From the NCBI GenBank assembly GCA_976551045.1, contig CDPCPM010000370.1, forward strand, positions 1,426,001 to 1,490,000: 64,000 nt of DNA. The letters run 5' to 3'. The notes beneath the pieces are model-generated. The model did no database searches, was not told the origin of the DNA, and saw only the letters and a list, made by a program, of their open reading frames with translations. The translations under genes were made by a program, and so were the position numbers. Shown here piece by piece: positions 26,281-39,578 of this stretch. This DNA comes from Glaucostegus cemiculus. Its lineage: Eukaryota. Numbering within the stretch: position 1 is the stretch's first letter; each line of letters starts with the position of its first letter.

Positions 26281-26577
26281 GGACGGCACGGTAGCATAGT
26301 CGTTAGCACAAAGCATTGCAGCACCAGCAACCCGGGTTCAATTCCCGCCGCTGGCTGTAAGGAGTTTCTACGTTCTTCCAGTGGGGGCTCCGGTTTCCTC
26401 CCATATTCCAAAGACGTACATGTTAGGAAGTTATGGGCATGCTATATTGGCGCCGGAAAGGTGGCGACACTTGCGGGTGCCCCCTCTCCCCCTACCCAAT
26501 CACTATGTGAAAGATGCATTTCACTGTGTGTTTCGATATACATGTGACTAATAAAAATCTTATCTTATCTTATCTTA
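26281..26577 (+). mobile_element. V-SINE/HE1-like SINE, near full length
   Basis: A-box-like GGCACGGTAGCATAG, B-box GGGTTCAATTCCC, core GGCTCCGGTTTCCTCCC, and (TCTTA)n tail. Confidence 0.8.
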
Positions 26578-28987
26578 CAGCTGCAAACAATCTCCTGAAC
26601 TTCCTTGATCTATATTCATTGGTGACTCACACTTCCTGCACAAATGTCATTTGAAGAGAGTTTCTTGTCTATTGGCTGTTTTAATATTTGTTTTCACGCT
26701 GATTAGAATATTGTAAAAGCTCTTATTGGTCCTGGATCTTGAGGATCTTCCGGATTTAAGTCAACGCATGGATTTTCCTGTTTGCCATAATGTCCAATAG
26801 TCATGCAGCATAGAAACATACCATTTGGCTCACCGTGCCCAAGTCGATCAGTGCGAACCCATTAACCCCATCTTGCTGCACTTGGCCTATAACCTTCAAC
26901 GCCTGGATCATTCATGTGATCAAAATCAAGGTTTGCACTGGACAGCAGAGAGTAGATTCATTTCGAGGTCGTTTGCAATAGATAACCTGATTCCAGAGTG
27001 GCTTTGATGGACCACCTGTGCATATACTTCAAGAGGTAAGTTACATAATTCGATGAAGAAAGGGCGACGTGGGCTGTGTATCCCTCGGCAGATGTTTTAT
27101 TCACTTTATTCACTTGAACAGCGGGGGTGGTAAACAGCAACATTCGCCTCTTAAGCGATTCACCCGCTCCTTCAGCAAAACTACTAAGACTACCGAGCTA
27201 ATGATTGGAAAAAAATGTATCTGATTTCGCCTTATATTTACATGCAATTAGCTCCCCACTGCTGCAGGGATATAATGCATCCCGATATTCATTCACCAGA
27301 TGACGCTTTCAACTGAAACAAATCAGAGAAACTCCCCAGAATCCCCCGATAGAAATGCAACCTGTCTGAAGAACAACTGCCCATTGGCCCACTCTTTCTC
27401 ACCGCAATACTACAATCTAAATCTCGTTACTCTGTTTAAACTGTCTTTCTGGAAATGTTTGTCTAATCTGGCGATGATAAAACACTGAAACAATCAAACT
27501 GATTATTCTTATTTTGTATTGTTGCAAGAAGAGCTATTTATACAGGGTCGCACTCTTGTGATTGCCTCTGACTGTCCCAGATGCCACTCATTCCGCCAAA
27601 TTTCTGTATCCCCGTTGGCCTTGTCCCATTCCGGAGGCACTTTGAATGCCTCTCCGTCCGCTGAATTTAAAGAGGGTGCCCGCTATTGTGGGTGAGGTGG
27701 ATAGATTTCACTTTTATTTCTGTTTGTTCCTGGGATAATTGGTTGTCTCGCAGGGGATCCAATTCGTTCAGCATGTAATCGGCAGAGTGCGATTAACTCA
27801 GATTTGTTTGTGACTTCCTGAGACTGTTTAAACGAGTGGATGCGAGGAGAACGTCCTCTGTATGGAAGCTGTACAATGATGGGGAATACAGGCGGAATCA
27901 GGATTTTATCATGCGCATTTTACATGGCGATCCCCAAACTGGATCGTGCTGTACTCTACATAAAAGTTGCTGCCTCAGATATGAAATCACGGGCAATCCA
28001 GACTGTTGCACATTACTTAAAATTGTGACGATTACCATAATCGCTCGGAAGTGGAGAAACTAAACAAAATAAATAAAAACACGCAGACGCCTGAAATCTA
28101 AAATAAAATGTGAAATACTAGACGCAATCAGTATGGGAAAGAACAACTATGGGAAGTACAACAGTGTTAAGGTTTCAGATGGAAGACCCTTTGTCAGAAT
28201 TGGGAAGATGACAAAGGAATCTCGCTAAAATGCAGGGTTTAAAATTAGCTGGATGTCTTCAACCCCACTTTCAAGCTGTCAGAGACGCTCCAGTCCCTCA
28301 CCCGCCCTGGAGGTAAACGAGCCTGTTTTCCCTCCTTGCTAATGCTGACAAAGGGTATACTGTAGAGAGTTTTTGTTTGGGCTCAGCCCCGCTCCCTTTC
28401 TCTGTGGGCCGCCGAGTGCCGCCTTTTTTCTCCCAGATGTGCTTCAGACACAGTCAGCTGGGTGGTTCCCTTCGAATCGTCGAGAATATCTGCGTCTCGT
28501 TCACCCGCCCTCCAACCCCCCCCCCCCCCCCCGTCGCCACTGCTCGCTCTTGCTGCATCTGTTTTGCTACAGCACTAAATCTATGAGTACGCGGTAAGAT
28601 CCCAACTTGGAATTTACGGGAGAAATCTCCAGCAGGATGCCAGACGGCTTAGGGCAAAAAGAGAAGTCTGAAGTGTGGGCGAAGCGGATTGGTGTTTGTA
28701 CGAACTGGCGGAACTTATGAAGTTCTGCTCAGTTGGACATGGGGTTTGAAGGAACTTGCAGGAGTGCGGAGGTTGTGACCCAACTGTTATCATCGGGTGA
28801 ATGGAAGCAGCCAAATGGGGAGGATGTAAGGCATTCCACAGCATCTGGAGTAATATCCGGATTCACTCCCGTCCGTACTAAATATCTAACCCACAATATC
28901 AGGCAAAACGATGATTTGATACATTAACCAATACATCTTAAAACACTTCACAATCCGCACTTATATTTCGGTAATCTGAGAGGAGAA

Positions 28988-29780
28988 TGTCAGATTCAGA
29001 TTTAATCTTATTGTCACTTCCATACACACATTCAGCATGCATGGAGGCGAAATAACGTCCTCCACAGGACCAGGTGCAAATCACATTCCGGACAATAGAA
29101 GACAAAAAGACAGAAGAAAATATCAAGACATTGAATCTAACTTCGGCCGTTACAACGTGACACCCCTCCTCGGCCAGAGTGGCCTCCCCAAAGGCGCCTC
29201 AGGCCAGCGACCGTGGTGATATCGACCACCTTCGGCTCGACGACTTGACCACCTCCAGCCCCCCTTCGGCTCGACTAAACGGCCCGCCTCGACTCGAGTA
29301 CCTCCGGCCATCGGCTCGCCTCGCCTAGAACATCTCCGCACCTCCTCCGGCTCGAATAACCGGCCCGATCACCTCCGGCCCACATCCGGCTCAACCGACC
29401 AGCTCGCCTCGACTCGACCACTTCCGGCCACCTGCCGCCTCGACTTGACCACCCCCGGCTCCACCGACTACCACCTCCGGTCTCGCCACCAGCCCGCCTC
29501 GCTGCATCTCCTCGGACAGCTGGCCAGCACCTGGAGGTTGTAGTACATCGCCTCCGAAGCCCGCCTCCAGGGCCCTGTGCTGTCTCCGACGAGCTATCGG
29601 TGGCGTCACAGCAGCCCGAAGCCATAGCACATAACACAAACGCACAAACACAAAACACAACATAACATAAACGCACAAAAGATTACAAAAAAGCACAAAA
29701 CACAAAAAAATACTAACAAAAACCACAAAGCACCACAGACCAGGGAAATGGAGCCGCAACCGTGTGCGCCGCCATTTTCA
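28988..29780 (-). mobile_element. Short non-autonomous retroposon-like element with internal GC-rich tandem repeats
   Basis: Minus-strand 5' end AAAATGGCGGCGCACACGGTTGCGG, then a TG-rich tract, degenerate CTCGAC/CGGCC repeats at 29225-29500, and a (TCTGAA)-type tail at about 28990. Confidence 0.5.
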
Positions 29781-31760
29781 TCGTGCTGCAATAATTCAGA
29801 ATAAAACGAAATATTTCTGCCCTTAACCCCCCAACCGAATAACAATTTCTCCCCTGTTCTAGTTTGATCTGAAAAGCAATTGAGCTGATAATATTCGCTC
29901 TATTTTGTTTTTAACTTCCAGATGATATCAGCAGTTCCTTTGCCTGAAAACTCCATAAAGGAAAAATCCTTTTTATTCATTCTAGAGTTTAACTTCCACA
30001 TTATGTGTAGCGTATCACTTAGCTCCCATATACACTCTCCGTAACAAGCCTGTTACTATACTTCCCGCTGTCTCTATTTATTTCTTAATTATGAAGTTGC
30101 TTTAAAATTGAACATTTGATGAGATAATTGTTTTTGTTTCTCCCTGACCTCAGCAATTCTTTCCAAATTAATGGTAAAATAACACTTCATGCTGATAACA
30201 AAAAAAAACTGTAATGGAGCTGAGTGAGAATAAAAGCAAGTCAGTCTGCCTTGCACAGAATCAAATGTGAACATTTCAGTTAATTGGACTTCAACTTTTC
30301 ATTTTCTCAGCTCTTCCTTTGTCGATGTGTTGTGTCCTTGATGACATTATTCCCAGGAGATGCATTGAGAAATGTTGAAATAATTTGCTGTTATTGTTTC
30401 AAGAGGATTTATCTCCAGCATTGTATGGACCAATTTGATTGATCATGGATATGAAGTATGGCGGAATCATTGGCTGGAATATCGGAAGTAAGTCTACCAA
30501 TCTACTATTTGTCTTCGATATATTCTCATGGGATCTCCTCCGTCCACTGAAATACCAGGAAATGGACACAAGTTATTTATCTCGGTTGACTTTTTCTCCA
30601 GAAATCCCGCCTGCATTTTGTGTTGAAAGTTATGCTGATATCGGCATGATTCTTAGATTTGCCTCTTTACACGAACGCAGCCTCAAGGGACAGATCAAAT
30701 GGGATTTTCCAATATTGCATCAAAATGTAACTGTTCAGCCGTCTGCTGCATTTCGAAATTCCTCTGATCCACATTGTCGGATGCGTTTGATTCGAAAGCA
30801 GACTAATAATATGGTTTGTCATTGCTGAACCTCAGTGTCCATTTTCTGCTGTAGTAAACTCGTTCCTGGTTGCGTGGCTCATGGAATAAGAAATCAGTGA
30901 TTCAATAGAAAATGCCAGTTTGTCCGAAACAGGGAAGATGAAATGCAGAAACTAATCCGGAAGAACGACAGTGGTGGACATCGGATTTTATGTTTTATTT
31001 TATATTCCTCAGCACTACAGATGAATGGGTATTACCGCAAATAGCTTATAATGATCAACTTCTAACCTTCAAACTCTCACACCTAAGCAGCGTAATGTTG
31101 ATCGTCCAGCACATTTTCCTCAACATTAATGGTCTCCTGATGCCCCTTCAGCCATTGCATCAGGATATTCATATATATATTTGAAATCCATCAGTGTCCT
31201 TACAGTAAATTACACCATACTTTTTTTCGCTTATACATTTCTGAATTGAGCACCGTATCAATTCAAACATGAATAAATATTCAGAGAAATTATCGCTTCC
31301 AGTCCAGACGTTTGAAATACTCAACTGAAGAATTCCTGAACATCTGAAAATAGAAATCTTAGTGTGTGTTTACCGATCTATTGCTGCAATGGTTCTTCTC
31401 CTTCGGTCCAAGCGACCCAAGTTTTGCAAGTCAGTCCATTCTGTAGACAGGCTATTGGAAGTGCATATTTCCTGCACTGTCGTCGCCAAGTACATCAACA
31501 TCTCGCATGTTAACTTCTGATCATAAACTAATTGCTTCATATTTCATCCCAGCAGCGACTGCCATTCAATCTGAAACCAGCGTGCACGTGGAATTAAGTG
31601 CATTTGAGCTTATTGCCTTGATGTATTTTCCCGGAGTATTACAGAAAACAACGACGATGATGCAATCGTATTGCCACTCCAGAGATTACCATGAGATATA
31701 AATATCTGTGAGACGGTACTGATTTCAGAGGCTGCAGCTCAGCAAATTGTCTCAGGGAAA

Positions 31761-31830
31761 ATGCACGCGCCTGGAAATGGGCCGGTCTTCGCTATTTATT
31801 ATTCTATTCTCGCGGCTTTCGGTGTTCCAG
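31761..31830 (+). CDS. GPR139/GPR142-like class A GPCR, exon 1 (MHAPGNGPVFAIYYSILAAFGVP)
   Basis: ATG at 31761, TATAAAT at 31697-31703, phase-1 donor cag|gtaac. Encodes the first half of TM1. Confidence 0.85.
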
Positions 31831-33529
31831 GTAACATAGAGTATGTGATGAACAAGCAGTCAATGAATGTTTATCTGCGCTTCGTTTCAAAAATATATTC
31901 TCAATAGATTTGTTAATTCTCATATTCAGCCGGTTGACAATGCAATCTCTACAGCGCTCCAGTTTCGCACTGTTCGGTCCTTTTGGTTAAAAATACGGAT
32001 TATGCTAAGATCAATTAGGCAAGAACGTAGGTTCTGAAATTTAGATTATATTGTTTTAAAGGCTAGTTTTTTAATGTTATGGTCTGATGTCGACGTGTTT
32101 CTTTCAATTATTGTTCTGTCTAACATCCCTGTAAATGCCATTGTTAGTTTGTTTGTTCCTTAAACTTCTTGGATTTTCAGTGCATTGCAAGGATAGGTCT
32201 GCATTTTGCATAGTTTGTTCTATTGTGCTCGTTAAGCGGAAAACAATGCCACCTAACATAAGAAAATAACATAAATTCCCTTACTATACTGAACTCTGTG
32301 ACTGTGAATGTTGATCTCATCACCTAATATTATTTTCAGACTCAGCTTCTTTTTCCGTTTGTCTCTCCGCCCATGTTCACTGGCCTGCATTTACGGTACC
32401 CACCACTGCCAGTGAATTAATGTTCTATTATTGCCTTTTGCTGCCCATCTATAATATCATTATCTGTTGTAATTAATTATGCATGCCTGATTATTTAACC
32501 GATATAGGCATTTATTACTGTTGTATATTCATTTTTTATATCAGTTTACATGTTATTGAATTTGCACTGAGTTTGACGGTCATTGCTTGTCACCAATGAG
32601 AGGAACGATAGAAACTATAATACGTACACTTTACTCCCTTATCAAGTGCAGTTAAATGTCGGAGTCAGTGCTGGTAATGAGCTGACATATTTTTACTTGG
32701 GGAGGTAAGATCGGCAGTACTCATCAACAGCGACTTCATTTGGTGAAACCCATTGTGACACAACCACAGTCGTTCAGAAATTCGTGTCTCCTTCTCAGAC
32801 CTGGATACTTCATAATCCCAGTGCAATACAGTGCTGTTCGCTTTTCCAGTCAGCTGTTCATCTGTATCTTTGAACGAGCTATTCATTCTGTATCTTTGAG
32901 CGAAGAATAATCTATTATTGGATGTAGTGACCTAATTACCCTCCGTCAAAATCGACAGTCCTCCGAAACAACGCAGGGAAAATTAACAGCTCTGGGAATC
33001 AATGGATGTTTCCTCATGTTGACCAGGTGTCGCCAGCCGCCGCAATTTCCCTAATCGCAGGGTTCAATGCAAATCAGCATCTGAGCCGATTAGTCCTGTG
33101 TCCACTGTCATGGACATGTTGTGTGATACTGTTCGTTCAAGGTTTTCCGTGTATCTTTATTGCTCCTGGTAATTGTTTCGAAGTAGTTTCCGTAATATCT
33201 TTCTTTCTGTACACATTTTCTCTGCTCCGGAATTCCTTCTTGCAACTTTACGAACTGGTAAGTTTTCCCTCCATAATTAATATTGTTATGCCAGATTTTG
33301 GTACATCAGTTGTTCAGTAATTGTACCATGCATGGGGATAAACATTGTATATTATTCTACATCAGACAATCGCTTATGTTTGTTAAAAGCAGAAATGCAT
33401 ATCCATAAAAAATGATTAGATTAAGGCCCGAAATTTATTGTCATTCAGTGAGATTTCATATGTAGCTCATCGAAGCAGATAAAGTAGCAGGTCGATTATT
33501 ATTTGCTTCATCTCTCCTGTTCCTTGCAG

Positions 33530-34437
33530 CCAACGTGGTGACAATTGCGATTCTGTACAAGGGAAGGTGTGGTCTCTCGTCATGTATCACTCGCTACCTG
33601 GTATTCATGGCAGTGGCGGATTTTCTGGTCATCATCATGGCTGTGATATTAAGTCGGCTTCGGGCTATTTATTTCCGGTTTACTTTATTATCCACGACTC
33701 CGGGCTGCAGTCTGGTAATTGCGCTAAGCTCCGCCTCCAAAGACATATCCGTGTGGTTAACGGTTGCTTTCACCTTCGATCGTTTCGTTGCCATTTGTTG
33801 CCAGAGGCTGAAACTCAAATACTGCACCGAGAAAACCGCGGGTGTCGTTACTGGAACAGTCTGCTTGCTCGCCTGCTTGAGAAACGTTCCCTTTTACTTT
33901 GAATTTGAACCGATGTACGTTATTGATAAGGTGCCCTGGTTCTGCAACATTAAAGATATCTTCTATACCGCAGTCGCTTGGAGAGTGTATGAATGGCTGC
34001 ACCGGATGTTAAACCCATGCGTTCCCTTCCTCCTGATTTTGCTGCTCAACATTCTGACCGTTAGACACATTCTGGCGGCGAGCAGAGCCCGCAGGAGGCT
34101 GCGGGCCCAGACCAATGGAGACAAGCAGAGTGATCCGGAGTTGCAGAGTCGGAGAAAATCCATCATTTTACTCTTCGCCATCTCGGGTAGCTTTATCCTG
34201 CTCTGGTCGACGGATGTTGCAAATTTTCTCTATGTACAAATAACCGCCAATAACTATGTCAGTGGTTCTAATTTCTACGACCCAAAGTTTATCTTCCAAG
34301 AAGGCGGATATATGTTGCAGCTGCTCAGTTCCTGCACGAACACATTTATCTATGCGGGCACGCAGACTAAATTCAGAGAACAGTTAAAGAATACGGTTAA
34401 ATATCCTTTCAATATCATCAGTAAATGGTTTAAATAA
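33530..34437 (+). CDS. GPR139/GPR142-like class A GPCR, exon 2 (spliced product about 325 aa)
   Basis: Acceptor ttgcag|cc gives GVP-A-N in TM1. Motifs YLVFMAVAD (TM2), SVWLTVAFTFDRFVAIC (TM3 DRF), PCVPF (TM5), RRKSIILLFAISGSF (TM6) and SSCTNTFIY (TM7). Open to TAA at 34437. Confidence 0.93.
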
Positions 34438-35864
34438 TAGGTAATACCAATGCGATTTGATTCAGATCATTTAAAAAAAACCCGAGAGGTGTAATCACCA
34501 TTCGAACTGAAGACGATCTGGCCAATGTGCCTTCAGTGACATTAATATTATTGCTACTCCGACCGAAACATTTCAGCCGTATTTAAAAGGTTAAAACATT
34601 AGGTTTTCAGGCCAGAGTTTCAATCTCCGCGAAGGATGTTGCGAAATAAAATTCCACCAATTTAACTCGATATTCCCTGTTTTGTATTTCGACGAATTCT
34701 GGGCGTTATTGGCCAGGGAAGCTTTCATTTTTCACCGTTCATTGGCCTTGACGAGATGGGTTTCTGATTAATATCAACAGTACGTGAATGTCGGTAAAGT
34801 GTTATGTGTCTCGAGTCGCGTAGAAGTAAACAAAATGCATGGTGTTCAACGTCATTACGCAAATGTTGTTATTGTCCAAATCACATTGGCGTCAGTCGTT
34901 CGTAATCGAATCACTGGTCGTGCCAGTCAGCGGGTCATTGATTTTCCTGCCTGCGCATCTCAACATGGAAGGGAAATGCATATCTTTGGTTCTAACTCCT
35001 GGTAATCTGCTCAGTTCGTCAGCTCATGTCCGCTGTCGTGACATGCTCTGCCGGATTCTGTGTGTGTTTTCTACCTTGACATCTCCCCTCATAAATAACA
35101 AAGCAAGGACATGTTAGTATTCATTTTTAATCTTTACTCTTGTATGTGTGTTATAATGAACTGATCAAACGATGGATCCTACGATCTCAATTTGTCTGTC
35201 CGTTGTACACGCAGTCACTGACGGAATCTCACGCGAATGTGGTGTTGAAATCTGTGGCACATTAAACAGGTGTGCCAGGCAAATGGAAATACAGCAGTTG
35301 GAGGTGTTAGGTAACGTCCCTTTGATAAATATCTGAATACAGAAATTGTTGCAGACGCTTGCATATAAATCTCTGAAAGCGTTGTCTACAGTCTTGAGAT
35401 GTTAGTTAGTATCATTTGCCTGCTACCGATACAAGAATCCAATTTCGTTTCTGTTTCTGATATTCTTGTATTTTTCCGGATAAGTGCACCTCTGGTGAAC
35501 AATGATGGGCTCTATGGTTGTCCTTCTATTCAGTACGCTATCTATCCGCAACATCTTGTTGTTCCTGGCACAGAGATACACGGCGGAGCCTGTGGTGGGA
35601 GACCCTCCAGTTGTTCATTCAGTAACTCTGGTGCTTTTATTCGACGTGGAAGTAAATCGGCCTGTGATGAGTGTGCTATTTTTCCGATTCCCTGACATAA
35701 ATCGAGACAAGTATTTCGAAGTTTGCCCGGATCGCTAACTATTCCAGAAGACCATCGTGTTTTCCTTTGGCTGATTTTGAGGGAACAGATTCGCGTGATG
35801 TCCTATTGCTTTTCAGTCGTGATTTCCGTAACCAGCTGCACAGTTGAGCCTTTGCAACTGGATT

Positions 35865-36720
35865 AACGGAACATGGAACAATACAGCCCAGGAACAGGCT
35901 TCGGCCCACAATATTTTGCTGATTCAATTACATCAGTAAAAAATGCACAACTCGACAATTCCTTTCCAACCGCACAGTGCCTCTCAACGATCTTCAACAC
36001 CCTTGTCATATTTGCCTCCAGCACCACCCCATGCAGCACATTCCAGGCACCCACCACTCTGTGTAAAAAAATTGACCCGCAAAAATCCTTTGAACTTTCC
36101 CTCATCACGTTAAATGCATGATCTCTGGTATTAGATATTTCAACCCTGAGGAGAAAGATACTGGCCGTCTCCTTTATCTGTACCGGTCATAATCTTAACA
36201 ATCTCTATCAGATATCCACTAAGCCTCCATCGCTACAGAGAGAACAACCCAGCTTTGTTCAACGTATCCTCATAGCGCATGCCCTCTAAGCTAGGCACTA
36301 TCTTGGCAAACCTCTTCTGCACCCTCTCCAAATCCTCGACGTCTTCCCCATAATGGAACGACGAGAGCTGAATTCACCACTGCAGATGCGACCTACCTGC
36401 AGTTCAATCAAGCAGCAGTATATCCTCTGGACTCTTGAACTCAATGCATAGAGTAATGAAGGCAAGCATGCCCTATGTCTTCTTTTCTGCCCTATCGACG
36501 TGTGTAGCCACTTGCACGGAGCTGTGAAGTTGGACCCCAAGATCTCCCTGCTCATCAATACTGTTCAGGGTCCTGCCATTAACGGTGTACTGTCTCTTCT
36601 TATTTGATCTTCAAAATGAAACGCTTCCAATTTGGCCGGATTGAACTCCATCTGCCATTTTTTTCCGGGCACATATGCAGTTGCTCTGTGCAGCGCCATG
36701 CCTTTTGCCAGTGTTCGAGG
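35865..36720 (-). mobile_element. Decayed CR1-type LINE 3' end
   Basis: Remnant ORF '...RVVGAWNVL...VVLEA' typical of the CR1 ORF2 C-terminus. Confidence 0.7.
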
Positions 36721-36739
36721 TAATCAAGAACACTATCAA

Positions 36740-37560
36740 TTATCTTTCTTTCTTTCTCAATCATTTTATTAGTTACAAAACAACACAGGTTAATATATAG
36801 CATCAATGTTCACACATGTATTACAAAGTGATCAGGAAAACAATCATAGCATAGGTGATCATAAGAAACAATAAAGTATAATATATACAAAATAAATCCA
36901 ACGGTCTCTTGGTTGATGAATATAGTAGAAAAGATAAGAAAAAATTTATTATATAAATGAGAAAACAAAGAGAAAATCTCAAATCAATAAACGTATTGTA
37001 ACAATATAAACTAAACTAAACAGAAAATGTTTGAAAAAAAAAACAAAAATGAAAGACAGCTATCTTTTTTCAATAGAAATGGAGCAACATTATATCGTCA
37101 GCTACGTTTCTTTAAATAAAAAAAAACGGATATTGAAAGGGAGTATACATCATGTGAAAATATTGAATATATGGACTTTCAAACATCTTCAAATTTAAGC
37201 GAAGGATCAACAATACCACTCCTAATTTTTTCCAAGTTCAAACATGATATAATTTGAGAGAAACATTGAAATGTAGTAGGGGGTATTGGATCCTTCTATT
37301 TAAGCAGAATGGTTCGCTTGGCCATTAATGTAACAAAGGCCATCATACGGTTAGCAGAAGCACATAAATGACCAGACCTTATCCACGGTAATCCAAAAAT
37401 TGCAGTTATAGGATGGGATTGTAAACCAATCGTTAGTACATTTGAAATAATATTTAAAAATGTCTTTCCAGTATTTTTCCAAAAGAGAACAGGACCAGAA
37501 CATATGTATCAAAGAGGCCTCATTCGATTTACATCTATCGCATATAGGATTTCTATGGTC
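36740..37560 (-). mobile_element. L1/Tx1-type LINE 3' fragment
   Basis: Minus strand encodes PICDRCKSNEASLIHMFWSCSLLEKYW (ORF2 C-terminal CCHC knuckle), then a T-rich UTR and A-rich tail. Confidence 0.75.
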
Positions 37561-38024
37561 ACATTAACGAGCTATCTCACCAACATGTCGATAGTCTAAC
37601 GAGAGGAGGGTTCGTACTGGACCTGAAGTTTGACAACGAGCCTGACCAGGTGACTGAACTTTCAGTGGGAGAACAGTAAGCTAACAGTGCCCACATTATC
37701 ACAACTTATAAGAAAGAGTATCTTAAGGATACGTATGTACCTTGCGGTAGAGTATAACATTGGAGCAGGGCAAATTACGAGAGAATTAGGCAGGACCTTG
37801 TGAGAATTAATTGAAATTGGTTGTTTGGGGCAAGTCCATATCTGATATGTTGATTCAAGAAAACTTCCTGGATGCGCCAAGCAAATTCTGATCCACCTAA
37901 TCCTCTTGTAATCAGGATGTCCCAGTTTATGCTGCAGAAGTTGAAGTCCCCTCCGACAACAACCCTATTAGTTTTACACCATTCTCCATCTGTCTGCAAA
38001 TCAGTTCCTCAATACCCGTTCATT

Positions 38025-39099
38025 ATTTGGGGAATCCAGTCTCTTTTCATCTTCAGCTGTTTTACAGATAATGTGATATTTGCTTCCAGAATTTGCTGGT
38101 ATTTCATTGAATTCATTCTTCCCTCTACCAGTGTAATGCTCCCCGTGTCACTAACTGCAGCACAACGCAAAGCCATGATCAATCCAGCCCCGGTCTTAAC
38201 TGTCAGAATGCTGTTCTTTTCATGAAATGCTGAACCTATTTTTCTCCAAAGTGTCCTGCGCCCACACCACAAAAATCAACGTCAGAAGGAACAGCTAAAC
38301 AAGCCTAATGCATTTTGCAAACAAGTGCTGAAGAATGATGCCGTTAAAATATAATATTTTGGCAGCAATACGAAAATGTATGTTTGGAGAAAATACGGGC
38401 AAATTTCGTGAAAAGAATAGTTCACCAACTGTTAAGCACGGGTTTGGATCTATTATGCAGTGGGTTTATTTTGCAGCCAGTGGCACGGGAAATGAATTCA
38501 ACCAAATACCAGAAGATTCTGGAAGCAAACAGCACACCATCTGTAAAAAAAAGATGAAGGTGAAAAGATGGTATCTTCTAGAACAGGATAACGATTCTAA
38601 ATACACCTCAAGATCCATAGTGGACTGCCTAAAGAGGCACAAGCTGAAGGTTTTGCGATGGCCCTCAAAGTTCCCTGGCATAAACATCATCGAAAATCTG
38701 TGGATAGACCTCAAAAGACCAGTGCATGCAATACGGCCCAAGAATCTGACAGAACTCGAAGCCTGTTGCAAGGAAGAATAGGCTAACATCCCCCAAACAA
38801 GAGTTGAAAGACTGTTATCTGGCAGCAGAAAACGTTTGCAAGTTGTGATACTTGACAAAATGGGTGTTACTAATTCCTGACTCTGCTGAGTGTCCAAACT
38901 AATGCTTCGGGCCCTTTTCATTTTCTTGTTATTTTGAAACTGTAGCTGATGGAAATAAAACAGTAATATTTCTTAAAATATTAAATAAATGTGTCATCTT
39001 TAACTTTATACCTTTTGGAAATCAGGTCATTGTTTTCGCTCAGCTATTCACAGTAAAAGAAATATTTACCAACGGTGCTCAAACTTCTGCATGCTACTG
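38025..39099. mobile_element. Degenerate Tc1/mariner transposon with an inverted internal duplication
   Basis: + ORF has PTVKHGFGSIM...QDNDSK...WPSKFPGINIIENLW...LTELE (DDE domain). The - ORF at 38009-38272 repeats TVK.G.G.IM...GRMNSMKYQQIL. A TIR-like end ...GCTACTG|TA sits at 39099. Confidence 0.85.
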
Positions 39100-39310
39100 T
39101 ATGTATACATGGCGTCTAGTTTTAAAGGGTATGTAATCAGGTACATAAAGGTTCTAGCAAACACATTTGACCCAATAATATACAATTCAGACTCAGTGAC
39201 TGAAATCCTGTTCAGTACATTGGCCACTTCATGTTGCGATATTTCCAGTCATGCCAACTGAGATGTCAATGGACCGATGAAGAAAACATCCACGGGTTTG
39301 GTTCACACCA

Positions 39311-39319
39311 TCATTTGAC
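39311..39319 (-). CDS. IGHM: IgM membrane exon TM2 (VK-stop), cluster B
   Basis: ttcctccacag|gtc aaa tga. Confidence 0.88.
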   Translation of the reverse strand, partial: VK

Positions 39320-39453
39320 CTGTGGAGGAAGGATAGAGAATACTGAATTACATTAATGTTCTGTGATTTTAATGCGAAGACTTTTAAGAACAAATAAATC
39401 GATGATTTTCCGTTATCTTCAGTCAAGTGGAAGAGTGCTTTGGCTAAACTCAC

Positions 39454-39578
39454 CTTCAGCAGGGTTAGGGCAGCGCCGTAGGAAATACTCAGGAAGAACA
39501 GGACGATGAACGTGGAAGCCGTTGTCCAGATGTTATCTCTGTCTTCTTCATAGTTTTCAATCAGGATGTTGGCGAAAT
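39454..39578 (-). CDS. IGHM: IgM membrane exon TM1, cluster B, intact
   Basis: ttccgtag|at ... DFANILIENYEEDRDNIWTTASTFIVLFFLSISYGAALTLLK|gtgagt. Conserved antigen-receptor TM motif, giving the KVK tail with TM2. Confidence 0.95.

Noticed and set aside
26281-26360. tRNA-like A and B boxes
   Set aside because: Head of a SINE, with no cloverleaf tRNA gene.
29150-29845. Several overlapping Gly/Arg-rich ORFs
   Set aside because: They are by-products of a GC-rich repeat and a TG-rich tract with few stop codons.
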